Shown: positions 1 to 10,375 of the stretch, piece by piece
How positions within the stretch are numbered: position 1 is the stretch's first letter
Layout: each line of letters begins with the position of its first letter
DNA from: Ancylonema sp.
Lineage: Eukaryota
Assembly (NCBI GenBank): GCA_050230475.1
Contig: JBFLGF010000214.1
Span: 1-64,000 of the forward strand
Length of the DNA: 64,000 nt
Reading direction: 5' to 3'
The notes under the pieces: model-generated
What the model saw: only the letters and a program-made list of their open reading frames with translations
Database searches by the model: none
What the model was told of the DNA's origin: nothing
Made by a program: the position numbers and the translations under genes

Positions 1-3000
1 TGCTCGAGAACCGAATTCAAGCGCTCCGTCTGCCCGTCCGTCTCCGGGTGCAAAGCAGAGGAATAGTTGGCCCGGACACCGAGCAGCTCTAACAACCGGC
101 GCCAAAAGTGGCTGGTGAAGATGGGATCGCGGTCGCTGATGAGGCTGCTGGGCAACCCATGCAGGCGCACCACCTGCTGTACGAAAAGCGCTGCGACCTC
201 AAGAGCCGCCATGGCCTTCGTGGTAGGGATGAAGTGGGCCTACTTTGTCAGCCGGTCGACGACCACCAAAATTGCGTCGTGGTAGTCGCTATGGGGAAGG
301 TATGTTGTCCAGTCGAGGGAGACACTGGTCTAGGGCTCGGTAGGGATTGGTAGGGGAGACAGCAGTCCGTAAGGCGCATGGCGCACCGGCTTGTTCCGGG
401 CGCAGATGTCGCACGTACGCACGTATTCTTCCACTGCTTTCGATAGGCTAGGCCAGTAGAAGTACTGCGCCACCAACGCGTGCGTGCGGGCAGTGCCGAA
501 GTAGCCTGCCATAGGTGCGTCGTGGTACTGTGTCAGGAGTACTGTGTCAGGATAGGGAGGATAAGGGCTGCAGCGGTAGGGGGAATAGCGAGGCGGCTGC
601 CATGGTAGAGAAAGCCGTCTCGTAGGGTGTAAGGGAATTGGTTGGGACTCGCCTGTAGTGCGACTCGGGTTGGATTCCCGAGCGAGTCCGGTTTGTAGGG
701 AAGTAGCGATAGCGTGTAGGGCAGGGTCTGCTAGCTGGGCCGCGCGACTGTCCGGTAGGATAGGGTTGTTAGGTGCGAGAAGGATAGTTGCAGCTCGCAC
801 GGGGGGAACTGGTAGGAGAGCTGGTGGGGATGTGGCTGGCAGCAAATAGTCAGGTCTTCGGGAAAGGGCATCCGGCTTGTCATTGCTGGACCCCTTCCTG
901 TAGATTATAGTGAAGTCGTAGGCTGCCAGCGTCTCGGCCCACCGCGCGTGCCTTCGGGATGTAGTGCGAGCGGCCTGGAAATACTCTAGGTTCTTATGGT
1001 CGGTGTAGACGACGATAGGGTGGGCTGCGCCTTCCAGATAGACTCGCCACTAGCGAAAGGCAGCCACGATGGCGAGCAGCTCTTTGTCGTAGATAGGATA
1101 GTTGAGTTCGGCTGGGATGAACTTCCGGGAGTAGTATGCTACGGGGTGGAGCTCGCCCCCGGGATCTGGCTGCGACAAGACGCAGCCGAGGCCGAAGTCG
1201 GAGGCGTCTGCTTCGATGGTAAGTGGCTGCAGGGGTTGGAAGTGGTGCAGGACTGAAGCTGAGGTGAAGGCCAGCTTGAGGGATTGGAAAGCTTCCTCCG
1301 CCTCAGTTGTCCAGCAAAATGTTGCCCCTTTCCGAGTCAATGAGGTAAGGGGGCACGCCACCGTAGAATACCCATTAATGAAACGTCTGTAGAAGTTAGC
1401 GAAGCCGAGAAAAGATTGGACTTCCTTGATTGACTGGGGTGTGGGCCAGTCAAGGAGAGATTCCACTTTCTCGGGGTTCATACCCACGCCGGCTGGGGAT
1501 ACTCGGTAGCCGAGGAAGTCAATAGTGTCTTTGTTGAATTGACACTTCTCGATCTTAGCATAGAGGTGGTTCTCGCGTAGGATTTCCAGGATAGCACAGA
1601 TGTGGGGTACATGTTCGGCAGGGGAGGGGGAGTAGATGATCATGTCGTCGAGAAGATTTTCTAGGAAGACGTCTAGAGGCTCGCGAAACACGTCGTTAAT
1701 GAAGGACTGAAAGGGTGCCGGAGCATTGGTAGGCCCGAAAGGGCAGACCTGGTACTCGTAGTGGCCGTAGCGGCAGCGGAATGCAGTCTTGTACTCATCC
1801 CCCTCTTTACCGCGCAGCTGGTGATAAGCGTTGCGTAGGTCTATCTTGGTGAAGATCGTGGCGGAGTTGAGGCGGTCCAGCAGCTCAGGTATGAGGGGTA
1901 AAGAGGGCAGCGATTCTTGACCGTGACTGCATTGAGCTGGCGGTAGTCCACGCACAACCTTAGTTTGCCATCAGGTTTTTTGATGAACATAACAGGTGCT
2001 CCACCCGGGCTGGTGGACGGCCGGATGAAGCCATTCGCCAAGTTGTCCGTGATGTACGTTTTGAGAGAGTGGCCAGTTCCGACTCTGACAAGGAATATAT
2101 CGCCCCCCAGGGGGGTTCCTTGCCTGGCAGGAGGGGGATCGCTAAGTCGTAGGACCTGTGGGGAGGGTGTTTGCAGCCTCCTCGGAGAACACATCTGCGA
2201 AGTCGTGGTACTCGGGAGGGAGCTGGGCTAACAGAGCGGGGTCTGGGGGGAGGTGCACAGCGTTCAAAACTGCAGGTTTAGGCTGGGTATAGGGAGGGGG
2301 AAGGGGGGGGGGGGGGGGGGGGGGGGGAAGTACTGGAGAGCAGGCACCGAGCAACACAGTGTGGGCTGGTGAGGGACAGGGTGCCTGACTGCCAGTCTAT
2401 GTTGGGGTTGTGCTTGTGCAGCCAGGGGAAACCCGGGACGACTCGGCAGTGCGTCAGTCGGGTGACATCCAAGGTAATGGTTTCTGTGTGATTGCCTGGG
2501 GATCGGAGTTGTGCTAAGAAGTAGCAGGTAATGGGGCCAGCAGCTGGAGAGCTACCATCAATAAGCTCGACCGGGATAGGCTGGGGATGGGGGTGGGTGG
2601 GTAGGTTGTTGTCTGTCAGGATCTGGGGGTCTTTGAAGTTGTCTGACGCCCCAAAGTCGATCAGCACGCGGACAAGTATGGGAGGGAGGGGGTAACGGAG
2701 TAACTGGCAGGCCAGCAGAAGCTGGCGGGGGTGGGGAAACGGGGAGGGTAGGGAAAGGGGACCCGCACAGACCCCTCCTAGGACTGTGTGGGGTGGTCGT
2801 TTTTTGACTCTGACTGCTGCAGATCCAGGAAGCGCACGGTGCGTCCCTTGCCCTTGTTGGAACAAATCCTGTTGTCATGGCCTGGCAGGCCACAGTAGTG
2901 GCACAGGTGGCCAGCCACACGGCGAGCCATTTCCGTTGGTTCCACTTTCAGGACCACCTGGCGGCGGGTTCCATCTATGTCCATGGGGACGATCTGCAGG

Positions 3001-4339
3001 TGAAAGGGCACCTGCTGGGGAAACTGATCTGCAGCTCTGGCTTGGGGGGGATATGCAGTTTGGAGGGTCGGTCGAGACTGCTGGCAGCCATGCCTGTTCT
3101 CCACCTTCTTGACAAAGGTAACGTACGCTGAAAAGGTTTCAGAAGGGTCCTGCACTTTGAGTATTTCTCGACGGAGCTCCGGTTTAAAGCTTCTCGAAGA
3201 AGGATAGATGCTGGGGTGGTCAGGCCAGGGGGGAAAGGTCTTAACAATAGCCCTGAACTAGACAGTGAAGTCTCACACTGAACCCGTTTGTCTGAGTTCA
3301 CGCACGTGTTAGTCCTTGGTGAGTTGAGTGTCGCCCTCCCCGAAACAGTCCTGGAGATCCTTCAATAGCCGAACTGCGCCAAACCCGTCCGGGAGGTCTC
3401 CGTTGTCGTCGAGGTAGTTAGAGAACCACTCGTAGGCAGGTCTAGAGTTAGTAGAGTGGCCACGTAGTGGACGGTCTGAACAGGATTGTGGAACCGCTTA
3501 GGTGCCAGCTTGAGCATAGAACGGACCCGGTGGCAGAATGTAGCGACATCTTTGGAGGTCCCATCAAATGTAGGAGGGTCAGATGGAACCAGGTCTTTGA
3601 GTGTATAGGCTCGTATTCTGAAGCGGCTGGATCGCTTCCAGAAGCCATGTAATTTGTTTCATAAGCAAACTGGTCCGAAAGTTCTGTAAATTTGCCTTTA
3701 ATGTCTTTATTTTCCTACGCCAAAACTCTGAATTTTTCATCTTGAGAATGTCGTATCTGACGTAAAACTGCCACTAAATTGGGAGAAGACATAGTTGAAT
3801 AGGTAGGAGATGAAAAAAGGGAGGCGGCTGAATGAAGTTCAGATTCAGGATATCCTAAAAAAAAACTTCAAAAATTCATATCAAAGTGTTAGGGACGGAT
3901 GCAAAAGGCGTCCCTAGCAAGCAAGTTGCAATATGCACACAAGCGGAAAGATGGCGAAATGCCGGATAAGGACGAGATGGCATGAGCCGATGGAAATGGT
4001 GGTGTTATAATCGGGAGTGCAAGTACATGAGTTGATAGGAATGCTCTAAAGGCATTCCTATCGACTAGATATAGGAACTGGCTAAAGTCTGAATCACGCT
4101 ACAAGTGGGATAACTCACTCCGAATATGATAAAGACACATCAAGTCTGGCTAACGGCACAATTGCCGGAGCTAAGGACACATCAGAATACTCCCTAGGGG
4201 CCAGGCGGCCGCTAGGGACACACTCCACTCTATAGGGACAGAACTCGCTATAGAAGGAAACTGAGGCTAGTAAGCGCTCTAGCGCTAAGTGTGGAGACCT
4301 CGCTAAGGAGCCCTAGTGACTGTAGCGAGGGTCCTAACA
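1..4339 (-). mobile_element. Ty3/gypsy LTR retrotransposon (chromovirus/Tf1-like), degenerate; 3' part runs off the window
   Basis: Minus-strand order gag (from ~3792; knuckle CHYCGLPGHDNRIC in ORF 2778-3155), protease (LIDFGASDNF, 2278-2865), RT-RNaseH ([36 protein letters not shown], 1050-2194), integrase (HDAPMAGYFG..CDIC, LHPETDGQTER near 1-70). Multiple frameshifts and stops. Confidence 0.95.
3887..4339 (-). repeat. 5' LTR of the gypsy element
   Basis: Bounded by TGTTAGGGAC ... GTCCTAACA (TG..CA with terminal inverted repeat), about 95 bp upstream of the gag start. Confidence 0.8.
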
Positions 4340-5410
4340 TGTAGCGACAAAGTTCGCTGGAGCTCGAATAGCTGCAGGAGTAGTTGTCGCAGTGATAGCT
4401 GTGGGAGCACAAGGTTTGGTAGCTCGGTCAACAGCTAGGATAGGAACAAGAGCGTGAAGAGCTGCAAGGGGGGGATTTGTAACGGAATTCACCGCAGGCA
4501 GACTGACAGCAGAGGAGGCAGGCAAGCGTGTAGTTGAGTCAGCCATGCAGACTGGTGTAGCAGCAGGAGGGGTAGGACCAGGAATAGAAATATGATCAGC
4601 CTGGATCCTCAGCAGCTGGGAGACTTGGAAAGATCGAAATCGTAGGTGATGCTGTAGGGTAGCCAGCGACATGGGGCGGGGATCAAGACTGCCCTGAGGA
4701 AAGACAACAATGTCAGCATGTAACTTTTCCATGAAACGTATTGTTGAGTCAATCCTGGTCTGAATTGCACGGGCTTGCTCCGAGGCCTGCGTGCCTTGGA
4801 GTTCCAGGAGGAAGGATGGGATTGTAAACGGTTTGAATGATTCAGCCATGTCGTGATGAATGAAACGAAGCCGAATGGCTAATAGATGGGTGGGTTAAAA
4901 CTGGTAATCCGAAGCCGAAAGGGCTTATGAAGCCGAAATGGGCCAGAATTGAAGCCGAAATGGGCCTATGAAGGGTCTGAAAACCCCGGAAGTGAAGATC
5001 AAAGTAGCATGAAAACTGATTCGAAAATCACCAGTTATACTCTGATCAAAGTGTTGGAGTCGCATGAGCGGCGGCTCTAGTTTATAGGAAAGCACTCATT
5101 CACAAACACAAATACACACTGTAAGAGTTGAAAGTGCAAGTATGATATGAAGGAGTACATGATTTGATCAGAGTGCATAATGAGCACTCCTGAATGGTAT
5201 AAATACTAGTCTGAATCTAGTGTCGGAAATGAACTCCTTATAAAGGGAAGTGAACATAAACTCGATATAAGAACAAGTTGGAAGTTAGGGCCTAAGAAAG
5301 ATCTAACTGATGATGAGGTATAATAACCTAAATAGGGCCTAATTACTAGGCGACCGGGATAAATAGCTAAGAGCTAGCAAAGGTTAGGGCACTCTCTAGG
5401 ACCCTGAATA
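4340..5410 (-). mobile_element. 5' portion of a second, related LTR element (partial LTR, leader, start of ORF) interrupted by the first gypsy
   Basis: ORF 4849->4340 is cut exactly at the LTR edge. The same ATCAAAG|TGTT PBS/LTR junction recurs at 5045-5055 (cf. 3880-3890). GAAGCCGAA repeats in the leader (4867-4960). The outer end of this LTR was not located. Confidence 0.65.
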
Positions 5411-7099
5411 ACCACTTAATCCACTTAATCCGTTTCAATTAGAATTCGGTGTTTAGTTTTAACATGCAATTTCATGTGTGTCTGGTTCGATTACTGCATG
5501 TCACTTCACTTGTGTTTGGCCCTGTACTACAACCCTCGATTCCTACTTCTTTTGTTATCCCTCAGCCTTGTAGGACGTGCGTTCTGTGCAGCAAGAGCTG
5601 TGGTAAATCTGTGTACAAAGCGGGTACAGCGAGAGCTGTGATTTTACCGCATACTAGCGCAGCACAGTTGTTGCGGCACATAGGTTAAAAGTTATAATTT
5701 GAGTGCGGCCGAATTTTGTTGGCAGATGTCTGGTTCTGACATCTGCCAGACAAAGGGATTGGGTTTTTTTTTTGTGTGCGAATGTTTTAGCATGCGATAA
5801 GAAGTAGAAGGCAAGTCTGCCAAGTCTATGGTCCAAACTTATGCCGATAATCGCCACTGCACGCAATCTAGAAGGATTCGAATCCCGCTGCGCACAACCA
5901 GAATAAACTCCGTCAGTTTCTTGGATACTGCATGACAATTTTGTGATGGTCTAGAGTGTGGAGTCTACAATTCAATACAGTCTACAACAGCGTGTAGTCT
6001 ACGAAAGCAAAACAACGCATAACAGTCCATGCACAACATCACAGGAATATGCTATTAAGTAAAAACCGCAGTACAGAAGCACATACCAAAGCGCTCCGGG
6101 ACCATTACCTTCAAATGTTATCTTTCAAATACCGGATTTTGAGTCCGTTCGTTTCTTGCGCATAGCCGCACAGCCGCGCAGTCGCATAGAAAACCGCGCG
6201 GCGTAATGTTTCGTATTCTAAAGAAGGGATACTGCATGTCAATTCTGTGAGAATTTTGTCTACAACCTACAGTCGACAATTCAAAACAGCCTACAGTCTG
6301 CAGTCTACGAAGGCAAGAAACGCAGTCGCAAAGTGAAACGCCGAGAGCATTACCTTCCATAGGGGTATTCCAAATTCTGGCGGAGACGGCGGAAGTCTCG
6401 CTGAATGCAGCTTGTAGTTTCTAGTCGTGGCAAACGAGCCAGCTAGAACTACGATACTGGAATCTCGTACCCCAGAGAAGGAATGATAAAAATAAATGAG
6501 CAGAGCCCAACCGCTTTCTTAATTACGGACTGCGAGCTGAAGACTTGCCAGCTGGAACTACGATAACAAAAGGTAGAAATTGTGCAAAGAATCTTGAAAG
6601 CTGCTGGAAACTGTAAAAAATGACAGCGCACAGGTTGCTTCCTGCATAATGCACTGCGAACTGAAGACTTTGCACCTATAACTACGATAGAAGTATACTA
6701 AAATGTGCATGTAAACTTAATGAGTTGTCTTAGAAGCTGCGCGTCTCTCAGCTGCACTAAAACAAGCAGAGACCACAAACTTTCTCGCAACACAAGCGTA
6801 CACAAGACTTGCACGTCCTAAGAATGTGCCTGGGCTACCCTGGAAGCTGGCGGCTGCTGGAGGAAAATGAAGAGTGGACAGCCGCCTCTCGAATTTTGGA
6901 CTCCGAGAGAGAGCCGCCTTCGAAGAGAGATGCATCGTCAAGTTCCGTACTATTGACAAGGGAGGGCAAATCAGGTCTAATTTGCCTAAGTTGCCACCCG
7001 TACCCCCCAGTCGGTGACATGTGTTGCGGGTTGCGCAGCCCGCATCCCGCAGCCCACTGGATTAAATCGAAGAGTGCGTGTGCCCTGTCAAATCTCAGC

Positions 7100-7980
7100 C
7101 GTTGCACGTGATATATGACGCGTGTTTTGTTCCACATATCACATAATACGTGACCATTGACACGTGTTCCTTTCTCCGTCCCACGTTTGACTAAGTAAGC
7201 TCCCACGTATCAAGTATCACGTGTAGCGTGACAAGTGTCCTTTTACTCGTATCTCAATAAATATAGGTATTGCAACGTGTCGCATTCTCCGCAACGGGAG
7301 TTACTAAGTCCAATGCCAGGTGTCATGTATGACGTGTCTTGTGAAACGTGGAAAAAAACACGTAGACCGTGGTACTTGACACGTGGCTTCGTTGGAAGCC
7401 ATGTGGCATGCCATGTATTAATGTGTTACGTGTATACTGATATGTGTTCTTCACACGTGGCACGTGTCACATGTCACGTGTAACGTGACACGTGTCTTTT
7501 TTCTCGTATCTCAATAGACGTGGTTATTGTAACGTGACACTCTCTCCTATAACGGTATCTATTTATATTAATAAAATGCCACGTGTCACGTTTGACGTGT
7601 CACATGATAAGTGGAACAAAACACGTGGACCGTGGCACAAAACACGTGGCTTCTTTAAAGTATGTGGCATGTGACGTGGCACTCCACCTGTCTCTTTCTT
7701 TGCATCGCGTTTGACTAAGCAAGTTGCCACGTGGCACGTGTCACGTGTAACGTGACACGTGTCCTTTACACGTAAATATAACACGTAGTTTACACGTATC
7801 TCAAAAGACATGGTTATTGCCACGTGTCGCTTTCTGCGTGACAGAAGCTACTAAGCTAGATACCACTTGTCACGTGTGACGTGTTATATGATTCGTGGAC
7901 TAGAATAAGTGGACCGTAGCACTTGACACGTGGCTTCGTTGGAATATACCATGTGGCATGTCACGTGGCATGCCATGTGT
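7100..7980. repeat. About three degenerate ~270-bp tandem units very rich in CACGTG
   Basis: Recurring blocks CGTATCTCAA (7248, 7506, 7795) and GACCGTGG..ACACGTGGCTTC (7365, 7628, 7912); about 19 CACGTG counted by eye. Confidence 0.85.
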
Positions 7981-8119
7981 TATTTTATTTTGTTTGTGGT
8001 CGTCCGTATCGGTGTCATTATCCGATGCGCATGTATTAAAAAAACGGAAACACCGGGGAAAGAAGAACACTCCATAGAAGTCAAGAAACAACAGCGAAAA
8101 AATTGGTCAAAAAATTGCA

Positions 8120-8570
8120 AGTAGGGCAAGAAGAACAAGAAGAACAAGAAGAACATGAAGCACAAGAAGAACAATCATATGCAAAATAAGAAGAACAAGA
8201 AGAACAAGACGAACAAGAAGAGGAAGAATAACAAGAAGAACAAGAATAACAACAAAACTAAGAGAGAAAAAAACAATAAGAACATTAAGAACAAGAACAA
8301 CAAGAAGAACAAGAAGAACAAGTACAAGAAGAAGAACAAGAAGCATGAGCAACAAGAAGAACAAAAAGTACAAGAAGAACAAAAAGGACAAGAAAAACAA
8401 GAAGAACATGACGAACAAAAAGCACATGAAGAGCATGAAGGACAAGAAGAATAAGTAGAACACGAAGAACAAGAAGAACAAGAAGAAAAATAAAAACAAG
8501 ATTAACATGAAGAAGAAGGAAAAAAAAAGAACAGGAAGAACATGAAGAAAAAGAAGAACAAGAACACGAC
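8120..8570. repeat. AAG/AAC low-complexity tract, (AAGAACAAG)n-like
   Basis: Direct reading of the sequence. Confidence 0.95.
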
Positions 8571-8699
8571 TTAGGGACTCAGGGACTTCAGGGACTTTGG
8601 AATGCTTCACAAAATAGTGAAAGACAAGGCAATTTAGAAATAGATGAATTGGCGATAATGAATGATAATGAATTGGCGTGGTTTCAAGAAAGAGTGGTA

Positions 8700-9900
8700 C
8701 TTGCGTTTCGTTCACAGGTGTATCATCAGGTGGAGTGTGATAATCTGTGGTGGATTCCGATGGTGAGACTTCATCAGAGCTGAGAGTGACCACAAGAACA
8801 TGAAATTGGGTCTGTTTCTGAATGTCCGCTTGTTTCTACTTCTCTTTTGCAGCCACCCGTTGTGAACGTCTGGTTGACATGAGGTATTGATATGGAATGG
8901 TATGGTCAATTACCTCAGAGTCCGTTGTCTGGTGCGACATGTTTTCAAATTCTCGTTGGCGTGCCAAGTCGTCTACTTGCATATCTAGGTAACTTGTCTG
9001 CGTCTCAAGAGTCTTCCACCCGAGTTGTTTGGGTTTGGTATCTGCACTGGGTGGTGTACTGAGAGTTAATAAGTTCTGTGCCTTGGCAAGTTTCTGACAT
9101 TGGTCTCGGGTGTGGTGTTTCCCTTTGCAGTATTCAGAGAATGCATCAGCGGTGTACTGCTTTGCATCAAACTGGCAAGGTCGTGGTTTGAAAGTTTGTA
9201 TGTTTTTAGTACCGTACGCACCTCCCTTAAACTGTGATCCCGAGGGTGTTGGTTGGTTTTGGAAGTTTTGTCAGACTGGTATCCTGATGACTGGAAGTTG
9301 TTTTGTTTCCTTGGTGCAGGACAATGACGCGAAAGGTGTCCAGTCTGATGACAGTTATAGCATTCCATGCTGTTATCCCGTCGTGGTGTCAAGACGCCTG
9401 TTGGTTTAGGAGCATTGTAAGGAGTAGATGGAGTGTATGAAGGTAGTTTAGGAGATCTGGTGATCCCAGTTGCGCGGTTCTCAACGTCTTGTTTCATACG
9501 TAGTAATTCAGCCTTGTTGGCTTTCTCCATAATCTCCTTCCGTGTAATAGGAGGATCCGGTCGATTCTTGTAATACCTTTCCTCTGATTCACGGAAATGT
9601 CAGTCGTCGATATAGGATTGTAGTGGTAGAGGAATATGTGGTAGATACCTCCTAGCCAGTTGTTCTTCTGTCATGGCTCCTGCCTCTTGAACAATTGTTG
9701 CGGGTTCGTTAAAACGTGCAAATGTGGTTGCACACGCTGTCATTGTGTCGTGCTGAAAATGTTTCAATTTGAGTGACATATTATGCAGCTGAAGTTCTAA
9801 AACGGTTTTTGATGGTAGTGATGAACAGTTCTAGTTTTGTTGGTTGTGCTGCCGATACTGTGGGTTTGATCGGTGCATGATGTCCATCGAGTCTACCTTG
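8700..9900 (-). pseudogene. 3' half of a retrotransposon gag (host of the copia insertion)
   Basis: ORF 9066-9530 has knuckle CYNCHQTGHLSRHC. The frame QGRLDGHH at 9900 continues ...YYRLQGR from the other side of the copia. Confidence 0.8.
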
Positions 9901-10361
9901 TGTTGGAATATTTTGGATAGCCATATGTTATGCTTGCTAGTCCAGTTGTTACCGGTTACTCTAACCGGGAGCAATATTCCTCGATGGGCCTATATGCGGG
10001 GCCGGGCAAGTTTGTGCCCGGGCACCTGACATGTTTCCGACGCTTAGAGACGTTATTTTTTTGACGCGTCGTGATTGGCTTGTTTAGTCGTGTCGGAACT
10101 GTCCGGCATGTGCCGTTGACATGTAGAAGAGCTGTCAGTCAATGATAGGCCGACGGTCAATTGTGCCGACCGTCGGCACACAACAATCTGTAAAAGCGCA
10201 TCGGGGTATTACCATCCCCGATGCAATCACAATAATAATTCGTTCCACACAACGCAACTTCCTGTCTCGTTGATCATCAGTGATAGAGATCCTTCTTGCT
10301 TACGGTTCGTTTTGTCGCCCACCTAATTATTCCGGCACGTCTAATCACTCAAAAGCTTATA
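9901..10361 (+). repeat. copia 5' LTR
   Basis: TGTTGGAATATTTTGG...GCTTATA; near-identical to 16110-16576. Confidence 0.92.
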
Positions 10362-10375
10362 GGTTATGGGCCCAC
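10362..10375 (+). promoter_or_regulatory. Primer-binding site complementary to the anticodon arm of tRNA-iMet
   Basis: GGTTATGGGCCCAC is the reverse complement of GTGGGCCCATAACC in the tRNA-iMet at 34979-35050. Confidence 0.92.

Noticed and set aside
2296..2328. Poly-G run as a functional G-quadruplex or polyproline domain
   Set aside because: Homopolymer in the PR-RT linker whose length is unreliable; no further support.
5940..6715. Weak duplicated blocks (5962 vs 6272; 6529 vs 6652)
   Set aside because: Real but short and degenerate; no termini or coding signal to assign them.
7100..7980. Possible CRISPR-like array
   Set aside because: No identical repeats with unique equal-length spacers, no cas genes, eukaryotic context.
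8107..8793. 228-aa hydrophobic ORF and the opposite-strand K/N/E-rich ORF
   Set aside because: Translations of an AAG/AAC simple repeat; no evidence for an env-like or membrane protein.
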